Assembly: GCA_043809315.1 (NCBI GenBank)
Contig: JAZDDX010000024.1
Coordinates: forward strand, 1 to 64,000
From: Pseudomonadota bacterium
Lineage (GTDB): Bacteria; Bdellovibrionota_G; JALEGL01; DATDPG01
Length of the DNA: 64,000 nucleotides
Reading direction: 5' to 3'
In this document: in pieces, positions 63,682 to 64,000 of the stretch
Position numbering within the stretch: position 1 is the first letter of the stretch
Layout: each line of letters opens with the position of its first letter
Program-made: the position numbers and the translations under genes
Notes under the pieces: model-generated
Told to the model about the DNA's origin: nothing
The model's input: only the letters and a program-made list of their open reading frames with translations
Databases searched by the model: none

Positions 63682-64000
63682 TCACTCGCTTCGTTCTTCG
63701 AACGCCCCCGCGACGCGGATGAAGATCAGGATCGCCACGATGGCGAGGAGCATGTGGACCCCCAGGACATACCAGACATATTCCGGGTGGCCTCCGTTCC
63801 GAAAATATCCGGATAGCGTCGTGTAGATGACGCCGCTCGTGAGGCCGCCGATCGCGGTTCCCAGGAAGTTCGATCCCATATAAAGTCCCGCCTTCTCCTT
63901 CGGGGCGATCCAGGTGATGTACTCCTGGATCCGCGGGGAGGCGGTCATCTCGCCGAAAGCAAAGAGGGCGATCCCGAGAATCGCGAGACCCACGCCCGCA
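63682..64000 (-). CDS. MFS transporter, C-terminal part (runs off the window)
   Basis: FAFGEM...SP...IAPKEKAGLYMG with TM helices. Confidence 0.8.
   Translation of the reverse strand, partial: AGVGLAILGIALFAFGEMTASPRIQEYITWIAPKEKAGLYMGSNFLGTAIGGLTSGVIYTTLSGYFRNGGHPEYVWYVLGVHMLLAIVAILIFIRVAGAFEERSE

Overview
GC-rich bacterial chromosome segment. The gene content (many secreted proteins and lipoproteins, a MYXO-CTERM-like tail, a PEP-CTERM-type EPS cluster) suggests a deltaproteobacterial or Bdellovibrionota-like organism, which is inference only. (1) 1-12552 is a ~12.5 kb integrative element in the 3' half of an initiator tRNA-Met, bounded by an 83-bp direct repeat. It carries a tyrosine integrase, an excisionase, a Replic_Relax relaxase, an 11-zinc-ribbon PD-(D/E)XK nuclease, an AbiE-like toxin-antitoxin pair and an unknown two-gene, defence-like module. 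A probable older tandem islet (Fic plus a secreted protein) follows to ~16000. (2) 16-34 kb holds secreted glycan-active and unknown proteins, several behind sigma54-type promoters, plus BrnT/BrnA and an acyl-CoA ligase. (3) 34.4-47.3 kb is a Wzy-type exopolysaccharide operon. (4) 49.5-60.4 kb is the most striking feature: a naturally split Rhs/Tc-like system. One signal-peptide-bearing SpvB/FG-GAP/YD shell protein stops just before the Rhs core. Three separate genes follow, each with its own signal peptide, a near-identical Rhs core and a different ~220-230 aa C-terminal cargo, with no immunity genes between them. (5) The window ends with a rubrerythrin-umuD-umuC run and a partial MFS gene. 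All family calls come from motif recognition by eye; no database searches were run.
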